From a virus: a stretch of DNA of 64,000 nt. Below, one piece after another: positions 27,331-36,742 of the stretch (position 1 is the stretch's first letter; each line of letters starts with the position of its first letter). Position numbers and translations under genes: made by a program. Under the pieces are notes generated by a model. The model searched no databases and had not been told where the DNA came from. It was given only the letters and a program-made list of their open reading frames with translations. The DNA lies in the IMG/VR virus record IMGVR_UViG_3300050132_000248, positions 1-64,000 of that record; one strand, given 5' to 3'.

Positions 27331-28134
27331 TTATTTTTTGTTATTTAAAAATTCAAGAAATTCGTCTATTACATTTCTGCGATAAGTTCTTCCTGAAGAA
27401 TCAAGGGCTTTATTCAGAAGATCAATATGTTTCTCAGCTACAGTCTTTTGTCTTTGTGTGATAGCTAATGGAATACCAGAACTCCATACCTTTCTATAGT
27501 CTTTGTTATAAAGACTTTCCATATTGCTCCATATATAGTTCTGAATATTCTCAGTCATAGTGATAATCTCTTCATACTTCTCATTGGGGATTTCTACATA
27601 TTTATTAGAAAAATCTTTACTCAAAGGATATTCCACCTTCATCCAAGAAGAATATGGAGTCATAGGAACCTCTGATATATCAGCTGTCTGTAATTGATCT
27701 AAAGGAACTTTCTTTGCCCTTCCATCTTTCTTAAATGAAGTTCTTACAGAGTATTTTCCACCAGACAACCCTTCAGTTAAAGTTTTATGTCCGTTTGTTC
27801 CTCCTGTTTTGTTATATTCAGGATCACTCCATTTTTCATCATAATATGTATGTTTCGCAAGGAGAGCAGGAGCACAATGAATATATATACAATCAGCATA
27901 AAGTTCAAGACATGGATTTTTATTATAGTCTTCTCTTGCTCTTGAATCTCTTACATATATAACTTCCCAATAAGCATCTCCAACCATATTAGCTCCACCA
28001 AATTTGATGTAGCTCTTTCCATGCATTGTTTTTCCCTTTTCTGTTATTTCTGCCAAGAATTTTTGTTGTTCATTATGTTTTTCTTTTGCTTTTGCTTTTT
28101 CTAATTCTGCAATTTGTTCATCTATTGTCTTCAT
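27331..28134 (-). CDS. hypothetical protein
   Basis: 267-aa ORF. Confidence 0.65.
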   Translation of the reverse strand: MKTIDEQIAELEKAKAKEKHNEQQKFLAEITEKGKTMHGKSYIKFGGANMVGDAYWEVIYVRDSRAREDYNKNPCLELYADCIYIHCAPALLAKHTYYDEKWSDPEYNKTGGTNGHKTLTEGLSGGKYSVRTSFKKDGRAKKVPLDQLQTADISEVPMTPYSSWMKVEYPLSKDFSNKYVEIPNEKYEEIITMTENIQNYIWSNMESLYNKDYRKVWSSGIPLAITQRQKTVAEKHIDLLNKALDSSGRTYRRNVIDEFLEFLNNKK

Positions 28135-28136
28135 GT

Positions 28137-28484
28137 TTATTTCTTTTTGATTAAATTATACTCTGCTTCTGGCATATACTCATTGAACATTCTTTTACCT
28201 CTCCATTCAATTCTTTCATTATTTCCAATCCATACAAGTCCTGAATCTCTTGCAGCTCTTTGTTCTGCATTTGATTTACTCCAATCACCTCTATATCTAC
28301 CATTTGCAAAAGCTTTCATATATTCGTCATAGAGCTTTACAGAACATCTCTTACAAAGATTAGTTGGATCAAAAGGTTCAGGACTCCCAGGATCAGCACA
28401 ACCAAATGGGATATAGGAATCCATTTCACTATATTTGAAGAATACACCACAATGTCCACATTGATTACCTACATATCTTTTCAT
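28137..28484 (-). CDS. hypothetical zinc-binding protein
   Basis: CGHC...LCKRC. Confidence 0.6.
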   Translation of the reverse strand: MKRYVGNQCGHCGVFFKYSEMDSYIPFGCADPGSPEPFDPTNLCKRCSVKLYDEYMKAFANGRYRGDWSKSNAEQRAARDSGLVWIGNNERIEWRGKRMFNEYMPEAEYNLIKKK

Positions 28485-28485
28485 A

Positions 28486-29670
28486 TTAGTGAGATTTAAA
28501 ATTGTAAACAGTTTTAATAGTGTCTATTACATCTACAGTATCAACAATTGCTGTTCTTATTTCTTCAATAGATTTGTATGCCTGTGGAGATTCATCAAGA
28601 GTTTCAGGAACAACAGATGTGCTATAAATATTCTTCATAGAATCAGAAAAATCATTCATGTTTATAGTTGCTTTTGCTCTACTCCTACTCATCAATCTAC
28701 CTGCTCCATGAGGTGCCGAATAATTCCATTCTTCATTTCCTTTTCCAACACACAACAAAGAACCATCTCTCATGTTTATAGGAATAATAAGTCTTTGTCC
28801 ATTCTCTGAACTAACAGCTCCCTTTCTTAGGATCATTCTCTTGAAATCTATGTAATTATGTATTGTCTCAAATCTATCTACCTCTCGAAGATTTGCTTCT
28901 TTTATTATGATTTCAGCCATTGTTTTTCTATTAAGAATGGCAAATTGCTGAACTATTGACATATCATTCATATAATTTGCAAAATCATCTCCTGAGAGAA
29001 AAGCTAATTCCTTATCTGTTACGGGCTTCTTTATTTTCTTAAGTTCTGCTGCTATCTCCTTTTCTCTTCCTTCCTTCTTTAATTTATCAATGAGAGCTTG
29101 TGTAATAGTACTCATTTCATTAACATTCTTGAAAGCTGTATCCTGATAATATTTACAAACATCTCCTCCAAGTTTCCTGCTTCCTGAATGAATAACCAGA
29201 TAGAGTTTTCCAGTATTTTCAGATTTTCCTATTTCAATGAAATGATTTCCTCCTCCAAGTGAACCGATAGAAAGAGAGGCTCTTCCTAAATCAACATGTT
29301 TCTGACAACGTAAATTTGAGAAATCAAATGATTTTTTTGATTCTTGATGTATATTAAATCCACTTGGAACATTATTTTTAATAACATCATCAAGAATAGC
29401 AAAATCAATAACGTCTCCTTTCAGTTCACTGGTGAGCATTCCACAACCAATATCAACACCGACTAAATTAGGTGTAATTTTATCAGAGATGGTCATAGTG
29501 GTTCCAACAGTACATCCTTTCCCAGCATGAGCATCTGGCATAATCCTGATTTTAGCATTTTGGTATGCTTCAAAATTTGCTAATTTCTTCACTTGCTCAT
29601 ATGCTTCATACTCAAAGGTTTCTGCATACACAAGGGTTTCTATTCCTTTGATATTCTTAATTGTTATCAT
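28486..29670 (-). CDS. rtcB: RtcB RNA 2',3'-cyclic phosphate/5'-OH ligase
   Basis: MPDAHAGKGCTVG, VGVDIGCGM, SLGGGNHFIE, IHSGSR, HNY, RKGA, PHGAGR, DESP.AYK. Confidence 0.93.
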   Translation of the reverse strand: MITIKNIKGIETLVYAETFEYEAYEQVKKLANFEAYQNAKIRIMPDAHAGKGCTVGTTMTISDKITPNLVGVDIGCGMLTSELKGDVIDFAILDDVIKNNVPSGFNIHQESKKSFDFSNLRCQKHVDLGRASLSIGSLGGGNHFIEIGKSENTGKLYLVIHSGSRKLGGDVCKYYQDTAFKNVNEMSTITQALIDKLKKEGREKEIAAELKKIKKPVTDKELAFLSGDDFANYMNDMSIVQQFAILNRKTMAEIIIKEANLREVDRFETIHNYIDFKRMILRKGAVSSENGQRLIIPINMRDGSLLCVGKGNEEWNYSAPHGAGRLMSRSRAKATINMNDFSDSMKNIYSTSVVPETLDESPQAYKSIEEIRTAIVDTVDVIDTIKTVYNFKSH

Positions 29671-30290
29671 ATGTCAGTTGCACCCACGCTTTTAGTTTCT
29701 GTTATCTTCACCCCTGAATTCAATAATTCAATGAATCCGTCATAACTGCGTTGATTGAGCCATGTAAGACTATTTTGCATATAGGATAGTTTATTAGAAC
29801 CTTCTTTAAGTGATTTCTCCTTTTTCTGAAACACTTCAAGTTTTAGAGCTTCTACTATCTGTTTTGCATCTATCTCGCCTTCCAAAAGAATCTTATTAAA
29901 CTTAGTTCGACAATCATCCTTACCCACTCTCAAGCTTCTACTCCCTTGAAAGGTTTTACCTTTATATTCAAAGGAATCACTACGAGGATATATTTCCCAG
30001 AAATCATCAAACTCTGTACATATTACTTTTGGCTTAATAATCTTCTTCTTATCCTTGGAATCTATAAACACTAATAATTCCTTTCCAATTGTTGTTAATT
30101 TAGCTTCTGTTTCAAAGACAAGCCCTTTTCTAATTAAACTTTGGTGAATGAGAGCTATCTTACTGCTCTCATTCACATTTTTAGAAATGTCAGTACCTTC
30201 ATCAATCAGTTTTAGGATACTTATATGATCGAGGTTGTAACCCTTCTCAACGATTTCCTGTATTTTTTCAATTGTTAGTTGTAGTTTCAT
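29667..30290 (-). CDS. phage replication initiator/replisome-organiser-like protein
   Basis: N-terminal wHTH-like region; FDDFWEIYP...TWLNQ motif typical of phage initiator C-terminal domains. Confidence 0.6.
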   Translation of the reverse strand: MKLQLTIEKIQEIVEKGYNLDHISILKLIDEGTDISKNVNESSKIALIHQSLIRKGLVFETEAKLTTIGKELLVFIDSKDKKKIIKPKVICTEFDDFWEIYPRSDSFEYKGKTFQGSRSLRVGKDDCRTKFNKILLEGEIDAKQIVEALKLEVFQKKEKSLKEGSNKLSYMQNSLTWLNQRSYDGFIELLNSGVKITETKSVGATDI

Positions 30291-30508
30291 ATTTCTATTT
30301 CCTCATGACATTTTAAACAATGATAAATATAATGTTCGTTTCTATAAACAACCTTTTTCCAGTCATGATCACATTTATTCTTCTTGGGAATAAATTTGAA
30401 TATCATTCCAAACATAGGAATTGGAAAGAAATAAAGCCATTTATTCTTAGAATCCCAAAAGAAACCAATCCAGAAGTCATACCATTTAAAAATCAATTGT
30501 AGTTTCAT
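30287..30508 (-). CDS. hypothetical protein
   Basis: WYDFWIGFFWD motif; C-terminal C.H...C..C. Confidence 0.6.
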   Translation of the reverse strand: MKLQLIFKWYDFWIGFFWDSKNKWLYFFPIPMFGMIFKFIPKKNKCDHDWKKVVYRNEHYIYHCLKCHEEIEI

Positions 30509-30603
30509 AAAGTTATTACTTTAGATTTGTTACATTTTCATAAAGTGGTAGCTTTAAAATTATAAGGAGATGGAATTTCTTTCATCTCCTTATAATTTCT
30601 TTA

Positions 30604-30891
30604 TTAATAGCCATAGCCATAGCCATAGCCATCGCCATTGCCATAGCCATTGCCATTGCCATTGCCATAGCCATAGCCATCGCCATTGCCATTGCCATAG
30701 CCATAGCCATTGACATAGCCATAGCCATTGACATAGCCATAGCCATAGCCATAGCCATAGCCATAGCCATTGCCAAAGCCATAGCCATAGCCATTGCCAA
30801 AGCCATAGCCATAGCCATTGCCATTGCCATTGCTATAAGTATTTTGAGAGTCCTCAAAATTAATAGCTATTCTTAAATCAATTTTTTCCAT
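30604..30891 (-). CDS. Gly-X (X = Tyr/Asn/Asp/Phe) repeat protein
   Basis: Roughly 75 residues of alternating Gly; hexamer repeat GGC-NNT; coupled to the upstream ORF. Confidence 0.65.
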   Translation of the reverse strand: MEKIDLRIAINFEDSQNTYSNGNGNGYGYGFGNGYGYGFGNGYGYGYGYGYGYVNGYGYVNGYGYGNGNGDGYGYGNGNGNGYGNGDGYGYGYGY

Positions 30892-31220
30892 GACTCAGGA
30901 TTTACAGTAATAGTATGGATAACCGTAAGAAAATCAAATTCAACAACTCCTTCACATTTATCAAGTTTTGTAGAAGATGTTGCTCCATTTACCAATTCAC
31001 CTAATCCTTTTGTAGTTCCCCAAGTCCTAATGTTATAAGCATTATGGAGTTTACAGTCGTTTCCATTTCTTTCAAACCTTCCAATATAAATCCATCCTCT
31101 CTGAAGAACAACAATTTTTATGTCTCCTGTAAATTCTTTAGGTTGTTGAATAGAATTTTTTGGAACATATAAAGTCCCATTAATGTCAATTTCTTGAATT
31201 GTTTGTTTCTGTGTGTCCAT
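30873..31220 (-). CDS. conserved phage protein (DUF6948-like)
   Basis: VVLQRGW.YIG, IR.WGT..GLGEL...G motif; usually found beside Gly-Tyr repeat ORFs. Confidence 0.6.
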   Translation of the reverse strand: MDTQKQTIQEIDINGTLYVPKNSIQQPKEFTGDIKIVVLQRGWIYIGRFERNGNDCKLHNAYNIRTWGTTKGLGELVNGATSSTKLDKCEGVVEFDFLTVIHTITVNPESWKKLI

Positions 31221-31224
31221 GATT

Positions 31225-31425
31225 TTAAATTTTTGAGTTAGTGATTATTGTTTCTTGTTTATTTATTTGTAGTAGTTTCATATCTTCTTCCAAAATTATT
31301 CTTGCAGGAAGCTGTTGATTATATTGTTCTGCTTCACGCCAATCAGCTTCCATTTCTATTCTTTTTTCTTCTTCAAGAATGATTTGGTCTCTTAGATATT
31401 CAAGTTCGTAGTCTTCTGTTTCCAT
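31225..31425 (-). CDS. hypothetical protein
   Basis: 66-aa ORF. Confidence 0.5.
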   Translation of the reverse strand: METEDYELEYLRDQIILEEEKRIEMEADWREAEQYNQQLPARIILEEDMKLLQINKQETIITNSKI

Positions 31426-31429
31426 AGTT

Positions 31430-31651
31430 TCATTTTTTATGATGATTTAACAGATGAGCTGTAACTTCTTCACTACTCCCAAGATATCCACAGAAAGGAC
31501 ATTCGCAACTTGTGTCTTTTTTTAGTCTATAATATGACCCTGGTTCTTCATCTAGTTCATCAAGAGAATCCCTCAACAGTTTTCTCCAATAATCCAAACC
31601 ACTAATCCAATGTTGTTTACCATTCTTAAAGAACTGTTTTATCTTTTTCAT
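31430..31651 (-). CDS. hypothetical protein with C2H2-like finger
   Basis: CPFC...HLLNHH. Confidence 0.55.
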   Translation of the reverse strand: MKKIKQFFKNGKQHWISGLDYWRKLLRDSLDELDEEPGSYYRLKKDTSCECPFCGYLGSSEEVTAHLLNHHKK

Positions 31652-31853
31652 TTTCTTCCTTTCTTTTTAATGAATGTGCTTGAGGACCTTTTGGTATCCT
31701 CCAGAAATATTCACATGATTTTGTTTCCTGATTATAAGGAGCTTCTGCAAAGTAAGATTGTCCATATTCATCAGGAATCACTCTAAACCTGTAACATTTG
31801 TTCTTTTTATTTAGAGGACAACCCTCTCCTCCGCACATTGTTATATCACTCAT
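31626..31853 (-). CDS. small Cys-rich phage protein
   Basis: DITMC.G.GCP...CYRF...QSYF...C.YFW. Confidence 0.65.
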   Translation of the reverse strand: MSDITMCGGEGCPLNKKNKCYRFRVIPDEYGQSYFAEAPYNQETKSCEYFWRIPKGPQAHSLKRKEENEKDKTVL

Positions 31854-32068
31854 AGCTTGTTTTCATTTAAAAATTTACATACAGCTTTTAACATTTTGTT
31901 ATTTTTCTTTGTCCATTCTCTCACCTCTTTCCTGCTCCAATTAAGTAATTCTTTATCAGAAGGAAAGAATGGTTCAAGAACACCAGAGGTGTATTTTCCA
32001 AATCTACCTGGAATTTCAATACCTATTCTTGTAGCTACTCCAGAGATGTAATCAATTGTATATTTCAT
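31850..32068 (-). CDS. hypothetical protein
   Basis: 72-aa ORF. Confidence 0.55.
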   Translation of the reverse strand: MKYTIDYISGVATRIGIEIPGRFGKYTSGVLEPFFPSDKELLNWSRKEVREWTKKNNKMLKAVCKFLNENKL

Positions 32069-32073
32069 ATTAG

Positions 32074-32328
32074 TTAGTTTTTAATTCTTACACCAAACAT
32101 CTGCCAATACCATTCAAAATTCTGTAATGCTTTATTCTTATTACATCTGAATGTTTTCATCATCAAGGAAACAGCATAGTCTTTAAAAATTATATACTGT
32201 TCCCTTGTCATGGTAAAATGATAAAACCAACGATCATCATCAATTATATCTAATCTTGTCTTTCCTATGATATCCAATTCAAAGGTAAAAAGATGATCAC
32301 CAATATTCTCTCTTTTAACTTTTTCCAT
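32074..32328 (-). CDS. hypothetical protein
   Basis: 84-aa ORF. Confidence 0.6.
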   Translation of the reverse strand: MEKVKRENIGDHLFTFELDIIGKTRLDIIDDDRWFYHFTMTREQYIIFKDYAVSLMMKTFRCNKNKALQNFEWYWQMFGVRIKN

Positions 32329-32501
32329 TATTCAGAAGGATAAATATCATCATCAAATGCTTGTAAAAGAACTTTTGACAGATCCTTCACTTGAGTTCTT
32401 GTAAGTTGAATGTAAGAAGATCCTTCATCATTAGTAATTGTAAGTTGTAACATTCTTCCATTCCCTTTTCTTCCAATTATTTCTTTTATATCTGTACTCA
32501 T
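32328..32501 (-). CDS. hypothetical protein (57 aa, not in ORF track)
   Basis: MSTDIKEIIGRKGNGRMLQLTITNDEGSSYIQLTRTQVKDLSKVLLQAFDDDIYPSE*; stop overlaps the next ATG. Confidence 0.55.
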   Translation of the reverse strand: MSTDIKEIIGRKGNGRMLQLTITNDEGSSYIQLTRTQVKDLSKVLLQAFDDDIYPSE

Positions 32502-32509
32502 AACTTTAT

Positions 32510-33010
32510 TTATAAGTAAACATTATCAATTTCTCCATTTTCTATTTTCTGAAGAGTTTCGTTCATACGAACAAGATCTCTTTTACAAGACTCAATATTA
32601 TGCTCAGTATCATCTATTTTGTTTTTTATAATATAGAGCATTCTATCTTTATCTCTTAGTGCAGTTTTTCGTTTAGCCCATACTGTATAACATCCATGTT
32701 GATGAGATAGATTAAACAGATCATCATAGGAATAATATTCTGTCTCCCACTCTTTAATATATTCAACATCATCCAAATTACATTTAAAAGTAAGAGTTCC
32801 TTGTTTCAATGCTTCTTCAAGTGTAAAAGTTCTGTTATCATTTTCTCCCCAATATGTATCAACTAGCATTAATCCATCTTTATAATCTTTTACCACAAGT
32901 TGCCTATCAAAACAATGATAAGGTTCAAATCTCTTTTTTACTTCACTATCATTATATCTAAAGGAGTAGACATCATTAATTTTTAGCTGTATTTTCTGTT
33001 CTTCGTTCAT
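32510..33010 (-). CDS. hypothetical protein
   Basis: 166-aa ORF. Confidence 0.65.
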   Translation of the reverse strand: MNEEQKIQLKINDVYSFRYNDSEVKKRFEPYHCFDRQLVVKDYKDGLMLVDTYWGENDNRTFTLEEALKQGTLTFKCNLDDVEYIKEWETEYYSYDDLFNLSHQHGCYTVWAKRKTALRDKDRMLYIIKNKIDDTEHNIESCKRDLVRMNETLQKIENGEIDNVYL

Positions 33011-33020
33011 AATTTTTACT

Positions 33021-35012
33021 TTAAAAAAGTGAAAGTTGATTTGCTACTGTCTTATTATTTCTCTTTTTTCCTTGAAATTCTACCTTGAAGATGATATTAT
33101 TAGCTTTCTCAATGTAATATGAAAAGTTAATATCCGCATCTTTCACTTGTGTAGTTTTTGGAAGATAATTACAAATAGTCATAACCCACTCACCTGCTTC
33201 TACTTGTGATTTAGCTGCTGCATTAGTTGTGCAACTTGGATTCTTAATTTTATACACCTTCTCTCCATGGTTTGAAACATAATAACGAATAAGTTTGTTA
33301 TAAATATGTTTCTCTCCTGTGGAAAGGATTGTTCCTTCATAATGAAAATCACGAGAAGCTTTTTTCCTAATGCAGAAATCATAAATGTTTGTATGATTCT
33401 TGATTGTCTCTTCAACAGGGATGTTATTAACAAAATATTCCTTGAGAGTAATGGGAATAATTCTCATTGAACTATTCTTGTGCAGAAGTTTGTCAATCTC
33501 AAAATCTCCCTTTTCTTTGGTAGTTCCATCAAGTTTAAGAGCAAGATAATCATTAACAGATGTCTGAGCAATCCATTTAAACTCAGTATATTCAAAATTA
33601 CCAAGAATATCATTTCCAATTATCTTTTCCCATTCAGTTAGAATAGCTTTAAATTCTTCTTCTCTGGAGATTGATATGATTGTATCCCAGCCATCAGTGT
33701 TAATCGAGACAACATTAAAACCCTTCAGAACTAAATCCTCAACAATCATTAATATTTCCATCTGTCCACCAATAGTTACCTGAAGCATTCCGTAAGGATA
33801 TTCCTGAAAATCTCCTTTACTATTTAAACGACCAAAACATCCCCCATTGAGACTTAATTTTCCCATTTCCTGCATAGAGTTATATTTAGGATCTCCTGTC
33901 GCCTTTCCAAGTTTCTTATATTTTAATCGTCTATCAATTTTACTAACAATTAAACTATTCCATCCCGGGAGATGTGAAGGTTCAACTTTATACTTACGAA
34001 TTGCATTTGGATATTGGCTGCCTATATCGCAGGATATGTATTTTTCATCTTCTTTTGGTTGCAGGAATCTACCTACTTCATTACTGTGTGCACCACCTTT
34101 AGCAATAGTAACTATAAGCTTATTAGGAAATGTAAATTTGAATTCCTGTTGCTGGGCAAGAGCATAAGTATTGCCAAATTCTTTTACAAACTTCTTGAGT
34201 TCAGGAGTTTGATAACTTATCCATTTAGGAAAGAACTTCTTGAATGGTTTTCCATAGAATGTAATTATCTGCTTGGGTTTAATATCCTTCTCCAACTTTC
34301 TACTCATCTTCAAATAATCAAGCTTATTCCATTCAGCTCCTATTTTTACATCACTCCAATTAAGACATTTTAGACCAAATTCCTGTTCCATAATAAGTCT
34401 ATCTTCTATCTTATTCTTTCCTTTATATAGAGACATTTCTGTCTTACCAATAGTAATTTTATAGAACTGATAAGTAGCAAAGACATCATTGTGACAATAT
34501 TTAATAACATCATCCATTTGATCATCAGTCATTTCTTTCATCCAATGATCTATTGGCATTTCCTCAATATTTTCAAGACACATGGAAAATTCTAATGATT
34601 TTAATGAGGTACGAAGATTAAGATTTTCATATCCAGAGATTGTAAATAAATCAATCTGTTTGAAAGATAGATATTCTTCTCTATATTGAGGAAGTACACC
34701 ATAATTCCCATCATCAATTACATCTTGTGCCTTCTGATAGATTAGTCCCACTATTTCATCTACAGGGGTATCAATCCACTGTTCATGATTTCTGATTATC
34801 CATTCAATCACCTGACTGTCAAAATGTAAACCATTAAAAGAGATATAGTAGTAATCCTCATGTGTGTCTATGAACTTGATAAGACTATCAAGCTGATTCT
34901 TTCTCCTACTCACCTCAAAATCATAAGTCTTGTCTTCTATAGGATCATAAACACACACAAGGAACATACATCTAATGGTTTCAATGTCATAACATAAAAC
35001 CTTGTCTATCAT
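33021..35012 (-). CDS. family B DNA polymerase
   Basis: Exo I YDIET, Exo II FNG..FD, Exo III YCHND; motif A DIGSQYP, motif B KLSLNGGCFG, motif C NTDG. Confidence 0.9.
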   Translation of the reverse strand: MIDKVLCYDIETIRCMFLVCVYDPIEDKTYDFEVSRRKNQLDSLIKFIDTHEDYYYISFNGLHFDSQVIEWIIRNHEQWIDTPVDEIVGLIYQKAQDVIDDGNYGVLPQYREEYLSFKQIDLFTISGYENLNLRTSLKSLEFSMCLENIEEMPIDHWMKEMTDDQMDDVIKYCHNDVFATYQFYKITIGKTEMSLYKGKNKIEDRLIMEQEFGLKCLNWSDVKIGAEWNKLDYLKMSRKLEKDIKPKQIITFYGKPFKKFFPKWISYQTPELKKFVKEFGNTYALAQQQEFKFTFPNKLIVTIAKGGAHSNEVGRFLQPKEDEKYISCDIGSQYPNAIRKYKVEPSHLPGWNSLIVSKIDRRLKYKKLGKATGDPKYNSMQEMGKLSLNGGCFGRLNSKGDFQEYPYGMLQVTIGGQMEILMIVEDLVLKGFNVVSINTDGWDTIISISREEEFKAILTEWEKIIGNDILGNFEYTEFKWIAQTSVNDYLALKLDGTTKEKGDFEIDKLLHKNSSMRIIPITLKEYFVNNIPVEETIKNHTNIYDFCIRKKASRDFHYEGTILSTGEKHIYNKLIRYYVSNHGEKVYKIKNPSCTTNAAAKSQVEAGEWVMTICNYLPKTTQVKDADINFSYYIEKANNIIFKVEFQGKKRNNKTVANQLSLF

Positions 35013-35022
35013 TTAGTTAGTA

Positions 35023-35256
35023 TTATTTTGGTAAAATTGAGTTAAGAATATTAAAGTTTTCTTCATCATAATCACAACAGAACTTATTACCATCTACATA
35101 GAATATAATATCAGAAGATTTGTCTTCATCATTTCTGGCAATCCACCATCCAGATAGTTTATCAGGACGAAAGATGAATGTAGTATATTCATCATCTTGA
35201 GATATACCAAGATCTCTCAGTTCAGCATTCTCTATTGCTATTTCTATTTGACTCAT
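35023..35256 (-). CDS. hypothetical protein
   Basis: 77-aa acidic ORF. Confidence 0.55.
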   Translation of the reverse strand: MSQIEIAIENAELRDLGISQDDEYTTFIFRPDKLSGWWIARNDEDKSSDIIFYVDGNKFCCDYDEENFNILNSILPK

Positions 35257-35663
35257 TCTTCCTCCTCAATTAGTTTAATAATAATCTTTTCTTCATCATA
35301 AACAGGAATAATCATTTTTTCCTTTTCATAGAGTTTATCCTTGATTTGTATCATACAACGATGTTTGTTTGCAAGAATAATATTAATGTCATCAACAGTT
35401 ATTTCATGCATGTCTTCAGAATCTTCTCCTTCATCTACCCAAGCTATTTCTTCATGTTTAGCCAATAGTATTTCCAGAGATGTATCAAAGAGTTGTAACT
35501 CAACAGGATGTCCATTATTAAATATAAATGCATTCATGTCATAAATTTTATGATTCAACTCAAAAACCTCAACACTATCTTCTCCCTTTATGACAAATAA
35601 CATTCCTTGTTGTAATTTACGAGGACTGTAAGCAGTGAGTACTAATTCAGCAGTTATGTACAT
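35253..35663 (-). CDS. hypothetical protein
   Basis: 136-aa ORF, CGGAGG SD. Confidence 0.65.
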   Translation of the reverse strand: MYITAELVLTAYSPRKLQQGMLFVIKGEDSVEVFELNHKIYDMNAFIFNNGHPVELQLFDTSLEILLAKHEEIAWVDEGEDSEDMHEITVDDINIILANKHRCMIQIKDKLYEKEKMIIPVYDEEKIIIKLIEEEE

Positions 35664-35955
35664 GGTTTTCCTCCGTTATTTCTTCATTCCACCATTCTTC
35701 AAAGATTAACTTTTCTCCTCTATCGTAAGGAGTATTTCTGTTTTTATACCAATCTATAGTTGCTCTTTTCCATGCCTGCCAAGCAGATTCCTTACAAAAT
35801 TCTTTAAGAGTTTGCATAGAAACATATCCTAAATTATCATTACCAGACATGTAATAAGGTTCAATATTTTCTAATATTTTTTCATATCTTTTCATATCTC
35901 TGGAGTTATGTACATAATGCATTATGATTTGCAAGACACATTTCAATATACTCAA
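35647..35955 (-). CDS. hypothetical protein
   Basis: ORF with uncertain start; FEEWW motif. Confidence 0.45.
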   Translation of the reverse strand: MSILKCVLQIIMHYVHNSRDMKRYEKILENIEPYYMSGNDNLGYVSMQTLKEFCKESAWQAWKRATIDWYKNRNTPYDRGEKLIFEEWWNEEITEENHVHNC

Positions 35956-36112
35956 TCAAATATTTAGCATAAGAACAAAGAATTTCCTGTCCACCAAATA
36001 TAAATATTCCTGTTCTATCTTTATGAAATTCATATTCCTGTTTCAACACAGATAGATATGCATTTGCTGCTTCTGGAGTAAGCGATTGCCCATTTATAAT
36101 AATATTTTTCAT
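35906..36112 (-). CDS. hypothetical protein
   Basis: 68-aa ORF. Confidence 0.55.
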   Translation of the reverse strand: MKNIIINGQSLTPEAANAYLSVLKQEYEFHKDRTGIFIFGGQEILCSYAKYLIEYIEMCLANHNALCT

Positions 36113-36133
36113 ACATCTCTGGAGTTTAAAATT

Positions 36134-36170
36134 AAAAAAAGAGTGAACAGAAACATTCTCTGCTCACTCT
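36134..36170 (-). terminator. intrinsic terminator
   Basis: AGAGTGAGCAGA-N7-TCTGTTCACTCT then T-tract. Confidence 0.7.
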
Positions 36171-36184
36171 CAACATGAAAACAA

Positions 36185-36397
36185 CTATATATTGTCCTGA
36201 ATTAAACCAAAATGATCTATGCATTCCTGTTCACCTATTTCATCAAGTAGTTTATTATGATCAAAATGATGAACAATCTCTGATTCAGTAAAATGATCTA
36301 AAATTTCATCACCATCTACGTGTGAGATTTCTAAATCTACAGCATTAGTATTCCATGCTGTTATTTGAAGTGATTTGCACTTGATATTTATATCCAT
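36185..36397 (-). CDS. hypothetical acidic protein
   Basis: Likely start MDINIKC at 36397, just after the upstream stop. Confidence 0.55.
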   Translation of the reverse strand: MDINIKCKSLQITAWNTNAVDLEISHVDGDEILDHFTESEIVHHFDHNKLLDEIGEQECIDHFGLIQDNI

Positions 36398-36398
36398 A

Positions 36399-36716
36399 TC
36401 ACTTTTTATTAAATTCTGATAGAAACTTTCCATCAGAAATAACAAGCTTTCCATTATAATAAGCTTTCTTAATTTTACCACAATTCACAGAGCCATCTCC
36501 TCTACATTCTTCAAATTGCTTGAGAATTATAAGAGCTTCATCCAAAGACATTACATCCTTGAAAGTATATGTTGTTCTGAAATCTTTGGATCCTTTTCCT
36601 GTCAAAGAGTCTTTTCTTGCAGGATTGTATAAATATACAACTACACGATGCATATTTGGAGAAATTAATTCTCCTTCTCCATGAATTTTACGATTTAATT
36701 TTGTCTTTGTTTCCAT
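36399..36716 (-). CDS. hypothetical protein
   Basis: 105-aa ORF. Confidence 0.6.
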   Translation of the reverse strand: METKTKLNRKIHGEGELISPNMHRVVVYLYNPARKDSLTGKGSKDFRTTYTFKDVMSLDEALIILKQFEECRGDGSVNCGKIKKAYYNGKLVISDGKFLSEFNKK

Positions 36717-36742
36717 CCTTAAATGATTTTGTATTAGTTTAA

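Noticed and set aside
30582-30857. Met-Ala repeat ORF on the minus strand (91 aa)
   Set aside because: Alternative frame of the same hexamer repeat; the Gly-X frame is coupled to the upstream gene and fits a known gene pairing.
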